Below, piece after piece: positions 7,948 to 17,656 of a stretch of 64,000 nt of DNA. Both the position numbers and the translations under genes were made by a program. The DNA is from Minisyncoccota bacterium (lineage in GTDB: Bacteria > Patescibacteriota > Minisyncoccia > Phycocordibacterales > UBA6065): assembly GCA_036400935.1 (NCBI GenBank), contig DASWWW010000002.1:63939-127938 (forward strand), given 5' to 3'. The first letter of the stretch is position 1, and every line of letters begins with the position of its first letter. The notes under the pieces are model-generated. The model was not told the origin of the DNA. It worked only from the letters and a program-made list of their open reading frames with translations, and ran no database searches.

Positions 7948-9369
7948 CTACATATTTTTCTTAACAACTATCTTATCGAGAGCCTCTGGGAAGGTTCGAG
8001 ACCAGAACGGACGCAATGAGATATCGGCCTTTTCTATAGTCGGGTACTTCTGGAGGACTGCCGGGATTTCCGAGCGGGCCTTGCCAGCCAAAGCCTCTTT
8101 TAAGGCCTGCTCGTCGTAATACCATTCGAAAGCGGCTGGTCCCGAGAGATTGAAGGAAATCGAGTCCGCCACCGCCGGATTAAAGCTTGTCCCCGGCTTG
8201 AACACGAGCTCGCCGGTATTGGTTACGACCACGGGAAGGCCGTCATAGCCGGAAATCTCGGATTTCGCTACCGCGCCGCCGAAAGCCTTCTTGTCAAAGA
8301 CGACAAGCGAGAGAGTTCCCTCCTCCTTGAGGGTGACTTCGGAGGCCGATGGGGATTCCTCAGGCAAAGAGACGAAATCGATCTTGTAGCCGTTCGCGAA
8401 ATACGCCATATCGGCGGTAACGTTCGCCTCGATCTGCTTTATGAGATCCGAAGTGATCTTGGACTCGATATTTGCCTTTGCCTTTGCGCGGTCGGCGTCG
8501 GCAACGACTTTCTGAATGCCGGAGAAACCGCCGTCGATAGCGGTCTTCGCTCGGGCATAGAATGTCGTATAGCGGGGATCGCCCTTAAAACCTGGGATAG
8601 TGAAGTCCTTGAGGCCGACATTGTACGAATCGCCCGAAGCGTCAGCAACGACGGTCGCCTCTACGCTGCCCGGAGTGGTGCCTGTCTTTCCGGGAACGGT
8701 TACTGAATCGGTAATGCGGAAAATCAAGCCCTCAGGAGTGGCGAATCGGGTGTTCTTGATGAGGCGCTGGGCGGTAGCGTTGTAGTTGTTGTAAATGATG
8801 ATGGTTCCGGTCGCCTTCTTGTCGACCTGCTTCTCGCCGGTCGCCTTTATGGTCTCCGATCCAGTCTGCTTTATGGAAACCACGGCAAAGCCGAGCTCGC
8901 TCGCGCTCGGGACCTTTTTGGCGACGAGATCAGTCTGGATATTTTGAGTCACCAACTTTGGAGTAACGGTAACCGTAGCGCCGTGGAATACATTAGAGAG
9001 GATGACGAGCAGCGCGATGACCGCTACGATGCCTCCGGCGGCTATGAGCTTCTTCCAGCCCTTCTTGCCGCGAGATCGCGACCTCGATGCCTCGAATTCG
9101 TTGCGGACGCTTTCGATCGTATCGGTATCGTCCCCGACGATGCGGAAATTGTCGGCCGCTGGCTCTGGACGCTCGATTACTTCCTCTACTTGGCGAACCT
9201 CCTCGACAACCTTCCTCGTCCTAACGGTCTTTGGTTTTACGATTTCCTCGACCGGAGCGGGACGAGCAGCCGACTTTGCGGCAGATCTTGCCCTGTTTTC
9301 TGAAACAGGAATCCTTCTAATCGTTTTACCGCCCTTTGGGACGATGTCTTGCATCGGGTTTTGTGCCAT
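7948..9369 (-). CDS. Single-pass membrane protein with baseplate J/gp47-like extracytoplasmic region (CPR-conserved type)
   Basis: Disordered N-terminus, one TM, then KATGTIIIYN..TRFATPEGLIFR..VTVPG..ADASGDSYN..FTIPG..GG motifs. Confidence 0.7.
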   Translation of the reverse strand: MAQNPMQDIVPKGGKTIRRIPVSENRARSAAKSAARPAPVEEIVKPKTVRTRKVVEEVRQVEEVIERPEPAADNFRIVGDDTDTIESVRNEFEASRSRSRGKKGWKKLIAAGGIVAVIALLVILSNVFHGATVTVTPKLVTQNIQTDLVAKKVPSASELGFAVVSIKQTGSETIKATGEKQVDKKATGTIIIYNNYNATAQRLIKNTRFATPEGLIFRITDSVTVPGKTGTTPGSVEATVVADASGDSYNVGLKDFTIPGFKGDPRYTTFYARAKTAIDGGFSGIQKVVADADRAKAKANIESKITSDLIKQIEANVTADMAYFANGYKIDFVSLPEESPSASEVTLKEEGTLSLVVFDKKAFGGAVAKSEISGYDGLPVVVTNTGELVFKPGTSFNPAVADSISFNLSGPAAFEWYYDEQALKEALAGKARSEIPAVLQKYPTIEKADISLRPFWSRTFPEALDKIVVKKNM

Positions 9370-9383
9370 ATTTGTTCAGTATA

Positions 9384-10535
9384 CTATTTAGCCTTTGTTT
9401 CGTACACCCTGCCGACGAATGCCGCGAGCACGGCGATGAACGGATCGCGGATCGAGGTCTTCGAGAACTCGACTGCCGACCTCAGGCTGTCGAAATTGAG
9501 CAGCGTGACCTTTGAATTCGTGTCCATCGTGATCGCCTTCATGAAGAAGTCGGAGAAGTCATTGTCAATAATGGCGAAAATCTGCGAGGGCGCCTTCTTT
9601 TGGGAGACCGAGGCAAGCGTTTTCTTGAGCGCCGCCGACCATTCGATCGATGCCTGCGCTATGACAGGCTGCAACTGGGCCTCCAGCGCCGCCTCGGCAT
9701 GGCCCTGATGATACAGACGGACCAATGAGGCGGCCTCGTCCGGGGTCATAAGGAATGCGCGGGCCATTTTGCGCGCCAAGAAATGCCTTCCCAGCGGAAA
9801 GCTAGCCGTCTCGAGTATGAGCCCGTCCTTGATTACGGAAATGTCGGAAAGCTCCGAACCTACGTCTATGATCGCGAAGTCCCGCTGATCATGAAATACG
9901 TCGCGGATCGCCGAAAAGGATGCCAAAGGGAAAGAATACGCACCCATTTGCTTTGGATGGTACGCGGACATCGAGACGTCAAACACCCTGTCGATAACGG
10001 CGCGCGGCATGAGGCTTATGAAAAGCGAGATTTCGGCGAGCACGGCCTTCTTGCCGTACGGATTCGCGACTTCTTCGCCGTTCACCTTTATCTGGACGAC
10101 GCGCTTTTCCAAAACATGAAGCTTGTCTGCCAGATTGTTCGACCCGAGCATCTCTTTTTCGAATAATTTCTCCTGCTCCGCAACGATGCTGCTGACGAGC
10201 TTCTTGGTGAGGGTAAAGCCCTCCGGCTTTGCCACTACGGCAACCTTGGTCTGAGTAACGGCCCACGGCGATGAGAACGTATAAAAGATCCTGCGAGTCT
10301 CGTATTCGCCAAAGCCGAACCGCGCGAGATTGGCGTTGACCTTCTTGAGAGCGTCGAGCATGTCTCCGAGGAACCTTTCCGGCTGAGCCTGGTCCCGATA
10401 CGGGATATCCTCGCGGGCGACATGGAGGACCTGAGGGGTCTTGCCGCGACGCAAACGCATGAGGCCGGCCGACACCGACGACGAGCCTACATGGAATACG
10501 ATTCCGAGCTCGGGTTTGGATGAGAAAAGCGACAT
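9384..10535 (-). CDS. FtsA/PilM-like actin-fold protein
   Basis: Phosphate-1-like VFHVGSSSV and phosphate-2 IIDVGSELSDI; SFPLGRHFL. Confidence 0.7.
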   Translation of the reverse strand: MSLFSSKPELGIVFHVGSSSVSAGLMRLRRGKTPQVLHVAREDIPYRDQAQPERFLGDMLDALKKVNANLARFGFGEYETRRIFYTFSSPWAVTQTKVAVVAKPEGFTLTKKLVSSIVAEQEKLFEKEMLGSNNLADKLHVLEKRVVQIKVNGEEVANPYGKKAVLAEISLFISLMPRAVIDRVFDVSMSAYHPKQMGAYSFPLASFSAIRDVFHDQRDFAIIDVGSELSDISVIKDGLILETASFPLGRHFLARKMARAFLMTPDEAASLVRLYHQGHAEAALEAQLQPVIAQASIEWSAALKKTLASVSQKKAPSQIFAIIDNDFSDFFMKAITMDTNSKVTLLNFDSLRSAVEFSKTSIRDPFIAVLAAFVGRVYETKAK

Positions 10536-10607
10536 GAGAATAGTATAGCAAAGAAAATCGCCGAGACGCTTGTGCGTAACTCGGCGATTCCCGATATTTG
10601 CAGGACT

Positions 10608-12491
10608 TTAGCTCAAAACCGCCTTGATGCGGCGAACCCCTGCTGAGACGGCCTCTTCCTTCTGAATCTTAAATGTGCCGAGGGTGCCCGTATTCTCCAC
10701 GTGCGGGCCTCCGCAGAACTCCTTTGATACGGCCGAGTCGATCGACTCGCCAATGTAGTAGACGGAGACGACATCGCCGTACTTGTCGCCAAAGAAATGG
10801 AGCGCGCCGGTCTTTTCAGCCTCTGCTTTCGGCAACTCGACGCGTCGGACAGACAATTTAGCGGAAATATTCTTGTTCACGATCCCCTCGACCCTCTTTT
10901 TCTCGTCATCGGTCATCTTTGCGGTATGGGTAAAATCGAATCGCAATCGTTCAGGCGTAATATTCGATCCCTTCTGCGATACGTGCGTACCGAGAACCTG
11001 TCGGAGGGCCTGGTGGAGCAAATGGGTGGCCGTATGGTACTTCACCGACATTTCCGAGGTGTCACCGAGGCCTCCCTTGAACTTCTGCTCTGCGCCCGCG
11101 CGCGAGAGGTCCTGATGCTTCTTCATTTCGACATCGAAAACAGACTTGGTATCGGCCGCGATAGCGACTTTTTCATACTGGGCGACCTCTACGGCGAGCT
11201 CATACGGGAATCCGTACGAGGTAAAAAGGGTGAAAGCGATGTTGCCGTCAAAAGGCTTGCCGCCTGCGACGAGCTTGTGGAATTCCTTGATGCCGTCAGC
11301 GACAGTCTTGCGGAATTTATCCTCCTCTCGAGCGATCTCCTCAGTGATCATGGCCTTTCGGGCGAAAGTCTCGGGATATGCGTCCTTATAGAAATTCAAA
11401 ATAGTCGGAACGAGACCGGTCAGGCCGCTTTCCCTGATGCCGAGGAGGTCCCAGTGGCGTACAGCGCGTCGCAAGAGGCGTCGCACGAAGTAGCCCTGAT
11501 CGGAGTTCGACGGATTGACGCCGTCGCCGATCAGAAAGATCGATGCTCGGACATGGTCGGCGACTACGCGGAATGACTTGGTGTATTTCTCGTCGGAATA
11601 CGACTTGCCCGAGAGCTTCTCGAGAGTCTCGATCACGCCTGCAAAGATATCGATCTTGAAGACGTCAGGAGTATTCGCAAGAGCCGCGACAATGCGCTCG
11701 AATCCCCCGCCGAAGTCAACGTTTTTCTGAGGAAGCTTCGAGAACGTGCCGTCAGGATTCTTCTTGTACTCCATGAATACGTTGTTTCCGATCTCGAGGA
11801 ATCGCCCGCAGTCGCAGTTTGGGTGGCAATGCTCGCCGTATTTGGTGTCGTGCTCTACATCCGTGAACTCATAGAACATTTCAGTGTCAGGGCCGCCCGG
11901 CTCGTTAGCAGGCATCTTTTCAGGAACTCCGGCACGGCTCCACCAGTTCTTCTTTACGTCGTAATAGAAGATGCGGCCACCCTGCATGCCGACCTTGCCG
12001 CCATTGTCCTCGCTGCCGATCTCGACAACCTTGGCGTCGATGCCCTTAGAGGCAAAAAGGCCTTTCCAAATCTCTACCGCCTCGGTATCCTTCGGGATCT
12101 TATTCTTGTCGTCGCCGATGAATGTCGTTACGTAAAAGCGCTTTGGGTCGATGCCGATTTGGTTTATCAAAAAGTCGAACATCCACGGGATCTGCTCCTG
12201 CTTGAAGAAGTCGCCGAGAGACCAGTTGCCGAGCATCTCGAAGAAAGTCGTATGGCGGTTGTCGCCCACGTCCTCGATGTCGCCCGAGCGGAACGACTTC
12301 TGCGAATCGGCGATGCGCGTGCCTAGAGGATGCTTTTCGCCAAGGAGGTACGGCACCATAGGCTGCATACCGGAGCCAGTAAAGAGCGTCGTAGGGTCGT
12401 TCTCGGGAACGAGGCTCGCCGATGGCACGATTACGTGCCCCTTGCTCTTGAAATAGTCGAAAAAACGCTGCCGTACGTCGTTTGATGTCAT
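10608..12491 (-). CDS. alaS: Alanine--tRNA ligase (short, no C-Ala domain)
   Basis: RHTTFFEMLGNWS, HTATHLLH and EFCGGPHV. Confidence 0.98.
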   Translation of the reverse strand: MTSNDVRQRFFDYFKSKGHVIVPSASLVPENDPTTLFTGSGMQPMVPYLLGEKHPLGTRIADSQKSFRSGDIEDVGDNRHTTFFEMLGNWSLGDFFKQEQIPWMFDFLINQIGIDPKRFYVTTFIGDDKNKIPKDTEAVEIWKGLFASKGIDAKVVEIGSEDNGGKVGMQGGRIFYYDVKKNWWSRAGVPEKMPANEPGGPDTEMFYEFTDVEHDTKYGEHCHPNCDCGRFLEIGNNVFMEYKKNPDGTFSKLPQKNVDFGGGFERIVAALANTPDVFKIDIFAGVIETLEKLSGKSYSDEKYTKSFRVVADHVRASIFLIGDGVNPSNSDQGYFVRRLLRRAVRHWDLLGIRESGLTGLVPTILNFYKDAYPETFARKAMITEEIAREEDKFRKTVADGIKEFHKLVAGGKPFDGNIAFTLFTSYGFPYELAVEVAQYEKVAIAADTKSVFDVEMKKHQDLSRAGAEQKFKGGLGDTSEMSVKYHTATHLLHQALRQVLGTHVSQKGSNITPERLRFDFTHTAKMTDDEKKRVEGIVNKNISAKLSVRRVELPKAEAEKTGALHFFGDKYGDVVSVYYIGESIDSAVSKEFCGGPHVENTGTLGTFKIQKEEAVSAGVRRIKAVLS

Positions 12492-12501
12492 GTGCTCAAA
12501 T

Positions 12502-14259
12502 CTACCTGTTTTTAGTCAATTTTTCCAGTTTATCAATATCTTTCGAGATAGACTCAAGCCCTTTCTTCCAGAAATCAGGCTTGGTGACGTCGATGCCGAT
12601 GGACTTGAAGATGTTTTCAGGCGAGTCACTTCCTCCGGCAGACAGGAATTGCTTTATCTTACCAATGAATTTCTTGTCCTCCTTGTATTTGGCGTAGAGC
12701 GCCTTTGAGATGAGCTGGCCGAATGCGTATGAGTAGACGTAGAAGAAGCGACGGATATGACCCCACTGCACGAAATAATAGCCGTCGATATCCTTCATGT
12801 GAGTTATCGGACCGAGATACGAGGACATATGCTTGTTCATGAGGGCCGCCAGCTCCTCCTTGGACATGCCGCCCTTTGCCCGGATCGTCTTGTGCATCTC
12901 TGTTTCGAAATTGAAACACGCGATCTGGCGGAAGATGGTCTGAATGTCGTCATTTATCTTGGTGTGGAGGGCGACGATCTTTTCCTTTTCAGAAAGAGTC
13001 TCGTACACCGCATCGAAAAGGATGGCTTCAAAGAGCGTGCTCGCTACTTCGGCCGAGGACATCGAATAGTCCTGGTACATGACCGGCTGGACCTTGGACA
13101 GCTCGGAATGTATCGCGTGGCCCATCTCATGAGCGAATGTCGAGGCCGAATCGAATGTCTCGGTATCGTTCAAAAGCACGAATGTCGGGCGATTCTTGTC
13201 CGAATGGCAATATGCCCCGCCTGTCTTTCCCTGTCGTGGAAACACATCGATCTGGCCGTTCTCGAGGAATCGGTTGAGGATAGCTTCAAATTCAGGGTCA
13301 ACGTCTCGAAACACCTTTCGAAGCATCTCTACGGATTCGGCAAAGGGGATCTTTTTGACATTTTCGCCGATTCCGATATTGCGATCCGAGTATTCAAGGT
13401 GCGGCAGCTTGAGAAGCTTCGCCTTGAGGGCAAGGAATCGATGGCTAATCCTGAAATTGTCGGTGACGGCTGCGACGAGGGCGAGCACGCTCTTGCGCTC
13501 GTTCTGATAACCCAGGATCGTAGCGTCATAAGGCTCGACGAAACCCCGGAGCTCATCGTCGATCTTCTTGTTGGTCACGATGGCGTTTATCTCGCTCTCT
13601 GCGACATCGGAGTGTGACTCGAGCACTTTCATGAGGCTCGCGTGCAATTCGCGCCGCTCTGCGGTCGGCAGATCGCCGATCTTGTTTACCGCCTCTGGAA
13701 TCGGCATGTCTCGACCCTGAAACGAGACCGAGCTCTTGGCCAAGAGCTTTTCCGTAGCATCGAGCCAATGCGAATAGGCCGGCAGAGACTTGATGCTCAT
13801 GATTTTCTCCTCGGCCTCGGACAGATCATGCTTTGCCTTATTGAATACAGTCTTCAGGTAATACGCGAAAGGAGCCAATTTCTTGGAAGAGATGAATTTC
13901 TTCTGGAGAGGTGCCGGAATTTTCGCGAGCGAGAGCTCGAAGAACATGATCTTGTGCTCTATTTTCGTAAGGCGCTCTATGAACTGGGTCGACTTGGCAC
14001 GGGCAACCGAGTCCTTTGAATCGAGATCGGTCAGGAAATTGAAGTACGTGATCGATTTCGTGAAGCTGCGCTCGGAAAAGAGAGACTCAAAATCCTGGAG
14101 GGCTTTCAAAAGCTTTCCCTCGTTCTTGAGATAGTCCGTCTTGCCCTTGTAGGCCTTTTCGAATGCGGCAAAATCCTTTTCGGCCGAGCGGACGTCCTTC
14201 TCGATCCTTGGATCATTATGGTCCTTGTACAAGAGCCCGAGGTTCCAGGTTGTTTTCAT
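12502..14259 (-). CDS. pepF: M3B oligoendopeptidase F
   Basis: GKTGGAYC, HEMGHAIH, AEVAS and FYVYSYAFG. Confidence 0.93.
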   Translation of the reverse strand: MKTTWNLGLLYKDHNDPRIEKDVRSAEKDFAAFEKAYKGKTDYLKNEGKLLKALQDFESLFSERSFTKSITYFNFLTDLDSKDSVARAKSTQFIERLTKIEHKIMFFELSLAKIPAPLQKKFISSKKLAPFAYYLKTVFNKAKHDLSEAEEKIMSIKSLPAYSHWLDATEKLLAKSSVSFQGRDMPIPEAVNKIGDLPTAERRELHASLMKVLESHSDVAESEINAIVTNKKIDDELRGFVEPYDATILGYQNERKSVLALVAAVTDNFRISHRFLALKAKLLKLPHLEYSDRNIGIGENVKKIPFAESVEMLRKVFRDVDPEFEAILNRFLENGQIDVFPRQGKTGGAYCHSDKNRPTFVLLNDTETFDSASTFAHEMGHAIHSELSKVQPVMYQDYSMSSAEVASTLFEAILFDAVYETLSEKEKIVALHTKINDDIQTIFRQIACFNFETEMHKTIRAKGGMSKEELAALMNKHMSSYLGPITHMKDIDGYYFVQWGHIRRFFYVYSYAFGQLISKALYAKYKEDKKFIGKIKQFLSAGGSDSPENIFKSIGIDVTKPDFWKKGLESISKDIDKLEKLTKNR

Positions 14260-14266
14260 GTGGGTA

Positions 14267-14869
14267 TTAAATATATTTCTTAAGCGCCTTAAAGTCTTCC
14301 ATCAAAACGGGTTTCATTCCGCCATTGTAGAGGGCGACAGCGGGATGATACAGGGCTATGACCGTAACAGTACCATATGAGGCCGTTCCTTTGAATTCCT
14401 TGCCGTGAATTTTCGAAACGGGCTGAAGCTCCCCTGCCAGGCCGTATTTTTCAAATACGTATTTCATCGAGAGACGGCCAAGGCATGCGATTATGCGCGG
14501 CTTGATTATTTCGATCTGGCGCTCGAGGAATGGGCCGTAGAGCGTGATCTCCTCCGGCGACGGGTCGCGATTATCCTGAGGGCGATCCTTTACGAGATTG
14601 GTCACGTAGACCGTCGTCCGATCCATCTTTATCGAAGCGAGCAGCTCATCGAGCAATTTTCCCGATCGCCCGCAGAAAGGCTTTGCCGTCTTGGCCTCTG
14701 TCTCGCCGGGCGCCTCGCCTACAAACATTATATGCGACTCGTGATTTCCCTCTCCTATGACCGGAAAGTACTTGTTTTCGGTTCGGAAGGCGTACAGGGA
14801 CGACTGCTTGAGATTCAGGATTTCGTCTCGGATCTGCTTGAGCTGGTCGATATTGGAATTCAGCGCCAT
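14267..14869 (-). CDS. Uracil-DNA glycosylase, family 4-like
   Basis: GEAPGETE, PFCGRSG, NRDP and YHPA. Confidence 0.93.
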   Translation of the reverse strand: MALNSNIDQLKQIRDEILNLKQSSLYAFRTENKYFPVIGEGNHESHIMFVGEAPGETEAKTAKPFCGRSGKLLDELLASIKMDRTTVYVTNLVKDRPQDNRDPSPEEITLYGPFLERQIEIIKPRIIACLGRLSMKYVFEKYGLAGELQPVSKIHGKEFKGTASYGTVTVIALYHPAVALYNGGMKPVLMEDFKALKKYI

Positions 14870-14954
14870 ACGGGAAGTATATCAAACGATTGACAGGATT
14901 GAGGGCCGGGATTAGCTTGAGGGAGTAAGCACACTTCAGCCCGCTCAAATCCTT

Positions 14955-15293
14955 ATGGATATATTCAAACCCGTCTGTTTTGGACTCGGCCTTGCCGCTA
15001 TAGCCGGCGGTGCCGTTTGGTACGATTCCCGCCCAGCACCTCCATCGAAAGGAATAAAGATCGAGGTTACCTATCCGAAACCCGAGGTGGAACCTCCAAA
15101 ACCGCAGATTGTCGATTTCAAAAACGGCGTCTACTGGTTTCCGTGGAGCGGTAACGAGTACCGGACCCAACTATCCTTGTTTCGCACGCAAAATCCGCAG
15201 CTTCGATTCGTGAGCGCTTCGCCCGAGATCGGCTCAAGTATGGCCGGATCTGTCGACGTCATCGGACACAACGTCTACTTCGAGGCGAAATAA
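14955..15293 (+). CDS. Orphan protein with N-terminal membrane anchor
   Basis: Hydrophobic N-terminus; TTGACA promoter at ~14890; terminator at 15306-15335. Confidence 0.65.
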   Translation: MDIFKPVCFGLGLAAIAGGAVWYDSRPAPPSKGIKIEVTYPKPEVEPPKPQIVDFKNGVYWFPWSGNEYRTQLSLFRTQNPQLRFVSASPEIGSSMAGSVDVIGHNVYFEAK

Positions 15294-15349
15294 GCCTCAA
15301 GGCAGCAAGACTCGCATTGCGGGTCTTTTTTATATAAAAAAGCACACCC

Positions 15350-15631
15350 CTAGTTATGGGTGCGCGCATACTTTTCCGCTCCTCCGTTTTCGACATAACT
15401 GAAAAACACCTGATTGCGCTCCGCTTCAGTCTTGCAAGGAGGGGCCTTGCAGAGCTCTCGGAGCATCTGGCGAAGATTTCGCTGGGACGTAAGCATGTCC
15501 CGCATTTTCTGAGGAGGCAGCGAACACGGCTGGGCAAGTTGGCGGTCGCAATTGCTGAGACCGATGAAAATCCTGCAGTATGTAAAGGAGTTCAAAGAGG
15601 GTTTGGGTTGCTCCTGTAATTGTCCTCCCAA
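15350..15631 (-). CDS. Small hypothetical protein (true start may be MRDMLTS)
   Basis: Stop lies inside a GCGCACCC/GGGTGTGC hairpin followed by a T-tract on the minus strand. Confidence 0.4.
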   Translation of the reverse strand: MGGQLQEQPKPSLNSFTYCRIFIGLSNCDRQLAQPCSLPPQKMRDMLTSQRNLRQMLRELCKAPPCKTEAERNQVFFSYVENGGAEKYARTHN

Positions 15632-15644
15632 ACGCCCGAGAAAG

Positions 15645-15950
15645 CTAGGCGGTTATGCACACGCCCTCGGCCTTCAGCAAGGCGATCTTGGCCTTGTCGC
15701 CTGTCGCGCCGCCGCGGATGCCGTTATAGCCGCCGATCTTGCCATCAGACCTGATGACGCGGTGGCACGGGACCGACTTGTCGGAGTTGTGGGACATGAT
15801 CATGCCGACGGCGCGGGCGCCATTCGGGCTCCCCGCCCGCAACGCGACTTCCTTGTACGTCAAAGTCTTGCCCTTCGGTATGTCCCGAACGACTTTCTCA
15901 ACCATCTCCTTAAAGGAGGCTCGCCGTCTTGTTATTATCGTTTCCTTCAT
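15645..15950 (-). CDS. Single-domain O6-methylguanine-DNA methyltransferase (MGMT family)
   Basis: IPKGKTLTY, ARAVG and catalytic PCHRV. Confidence 0.92.
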   Translation of the reverse strand: MKETIITRRRASFKEMVEKVVRDIPKGKTLTYKEVALRAGSPNGARAVGMIMSHNSDKSVPCHRVIRSDGKIGGYNGIRGGATGDKAKIALLKAEGVCITA

Positions 15951-16767
15951 CTTTCTTTGATTTAGATTTTACTTCGGCTCGCTTTGATTCAATTATCTTC
16001 TGGACGAACGGCGCCTGGACCTCGGTTACGAACTTTCGATACATGCAATAGTCGCATACCGGGCTGTGCGCCGGCAGCGTCTCGCTGTCGAGGCATTCGC
16101 GCGCCTGCATGATGGCATCCTCAACCCAGGTATCATCGCCCTTGTGAGGAATGAGGGTGACATCGAATTCGAGCTTCGCATCAAAAGCCTCCTTGTCCTT
16201 GCGCCCATTCACGTACACGAAGTATCCGGTGTCCGAAACCTTGAATCCCTTCTTGCGGAAGAGCCACTGGTACACCTCCATCTGGCGCTTGTACTGGCGG
16301 TCCCACCCGGAATCGGACAAGGTCTCGACTTTGCCGTCCTTCGAAGTCGCTTTGTAGTCGACGATGATCAGCTCGCCCTCCGAATTCACCCACAAGTCGT
16401 CGATCGCGCCGGAAACTGTCAGGCCGGAGGCGGGATGTCGAACCTGTATGCCGACGAAGTTCTCGCGCCAGTCGTTGAGCAGGTCGTGAGAGAAAGGAAC
16501 GGCGTCCACTCCGTATTTTTTCATCAAAGGATGCGACGTCTTTTCCGCGCGATGAAAATCAAACTCCTTCTTGAGCAAGGCGTCTACGGCAATGTTGAGC
16601 GTGAAGGACGGGCCTTTCGGTCGTCCCACGCCGAGCTTGTTGTCGAGGTAAAAGCAGCGCGGGCACTCCATGAAGAGGTCGAGCTTCGATCGGGAGAGTT
16701 TCCACTTTTCGCCGCCATAGTTCCAGTTGGCGCTGCGTATCTGCAATTTTTTGACGTATTCAGCCAT
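15910..16767 (-). CDS. PD-(D/E)XK nuclease (PDDEXK_1, AddB/Cas4-like)
   Basis: LSRSKLDLFMECPRCF, GAIDD, IVDYKAT, QMEVY and C-terminal CDYC. Confidence 0.88.
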   Translation of the reverse strand: MAEYVKKLQIRSANWNYGGEKWKLSRSKLDLFMECPRCFYLDNKLGVGRPKGPSFTLNIAVDALLKKEFDFHRAEKTSHPLMKKYGVDAVPFSHDLLNDWRENFVGIQVRHPASGLTVSGAIDDLWVNSEGELIIVDYKATSKDGKVETLSDSGWDRQYKRQMEVYQWLFRKKGFKVSDTGYFVYVNGRKDKEAFDAKLEFDVTLIPHKGDDTWVEDAIMQARECLDSETLPAHSPVCDYCMYRKFVTEVQAPFVQKIIESKRAEVKSKSKKDEGNDNNKTASLL

Positions 16768-16780
16768 AGTGATAGCGGGA

Positions 16781-17626
16781 TTATTTACAGACGCTCTTAA
16801 TGTCGGCCATGATTGCCGGAATGCGATCGCGAGGGACGCCCATGCCGACCAACTCCTCCTCGCTCACGTTCAAGTGCCTGCACAGCACGAGCCCGCTATC
16901 CAGGAGCTTTTGCTTGTCCATTTCAGAGAGGCTCGGCAATGCGGTCAGGGGATGAAGGCCCGATTCCTCGATCAGGTCCTCGAGGTTGCCCTTCCTTGGG
17001 TAATTCCAACCGATGAGGGCGAGGTCCTGGCACTCGGCATAGCGGATGGCGTGATCCGTAAACTTCGTATTGGTAATCAGGAAGCATTTTGTGAGCTTGC
17101 GCTTTTTGCCGCCGTATATGAAGCTGCGGCCTTTGAGGTCGTCGAAGCGCGCCTTTATATAGAGGGCGACCTTGATATCGGATTTCAGGCCGGGCTCGTT
17201 GTGGAATTTTGCCTCGACCATAGCGAGCTGATTGCCCTTCCACGCGACGACGTCGATCTCATGCTCGACGCAATGGCCTTCGACCATCTGATCGGTGACG
17301 GCCTCATATCCTTTTGCCTTGAAAATCTCAGCCACGAATTTCTCGAACGGAAAGCCCTTTGGACCGAGTTCCGAGACGGCGCGCTTCATTGAATATTTTA
17401 CGGCGGCGGCAGTCGCGGCCGCTTTTGGCATGCTGCGCAGGAGGTCAAAGGCATGGCGATAGATATCGTTCGTCGTCATGCCGTCGAAAAGCTCCTTCTC
17501 TATGTGCGAGGCGATCTCGTGCGCCTGGCCGGCAGTCGCGCCCGCGCGGCGAAGCGATCCGATGAGCTTCGAAGGGTCGAATACTTCCTGCTCTCCCGTA
17601 GATTTTACGACGAGGATTGGTGACAT
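16781..17626 (-). CDS. ATP-cone plus Mrr-like restriction endonuclease domain protein
   Basis: VVKSTGEQEVFDPSKL ATP cone; FEKFVAEIF..EIDVVA..VEAKFH nuclease motif. Confidence 0.88.
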   Translation of the reverse strand: MSPILVVKSTGEQEVFDPSKLIGSLRRAGATAGQAHEIASHIEKELFDGMTTNDIYRHAFDLLRSMPKAAATAAAVKYSMKRAVSELGPKGFPFEKFVAEIFKAKGYEAVTDQMVEGHCVEHEIDVVAWKGNQLAMVEAKFHNEPGLKSDIKVALYIKARFDDLKGRSFIYGGKKRKLTKCFLITNTKFTDHAIRYAECQDLALIGWNYPRKGNLEDLIEESGLHPLTALPSLSEMDKQKLLDSGLVLCRHLNVSEEELVGMGVPRDRIPAIMADIKSVCK

Positions 17627-17656
17627 GCAGATATTATAAGGTATCGGACAGATAAC

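Noticed and set aside
7948-9369. Baseplate-J similarity suggesting a prophage or contractile system
   Set aside because: No sheath, tube, capsid or integrase genes; the protein is membrane-anchored among core genes.
15910-16767. Cas4-like nuclease suggesting a CRISPR locus
   Set aside because: No cas1/cas2 and no repeat-spacer array seen anywhere in the window.
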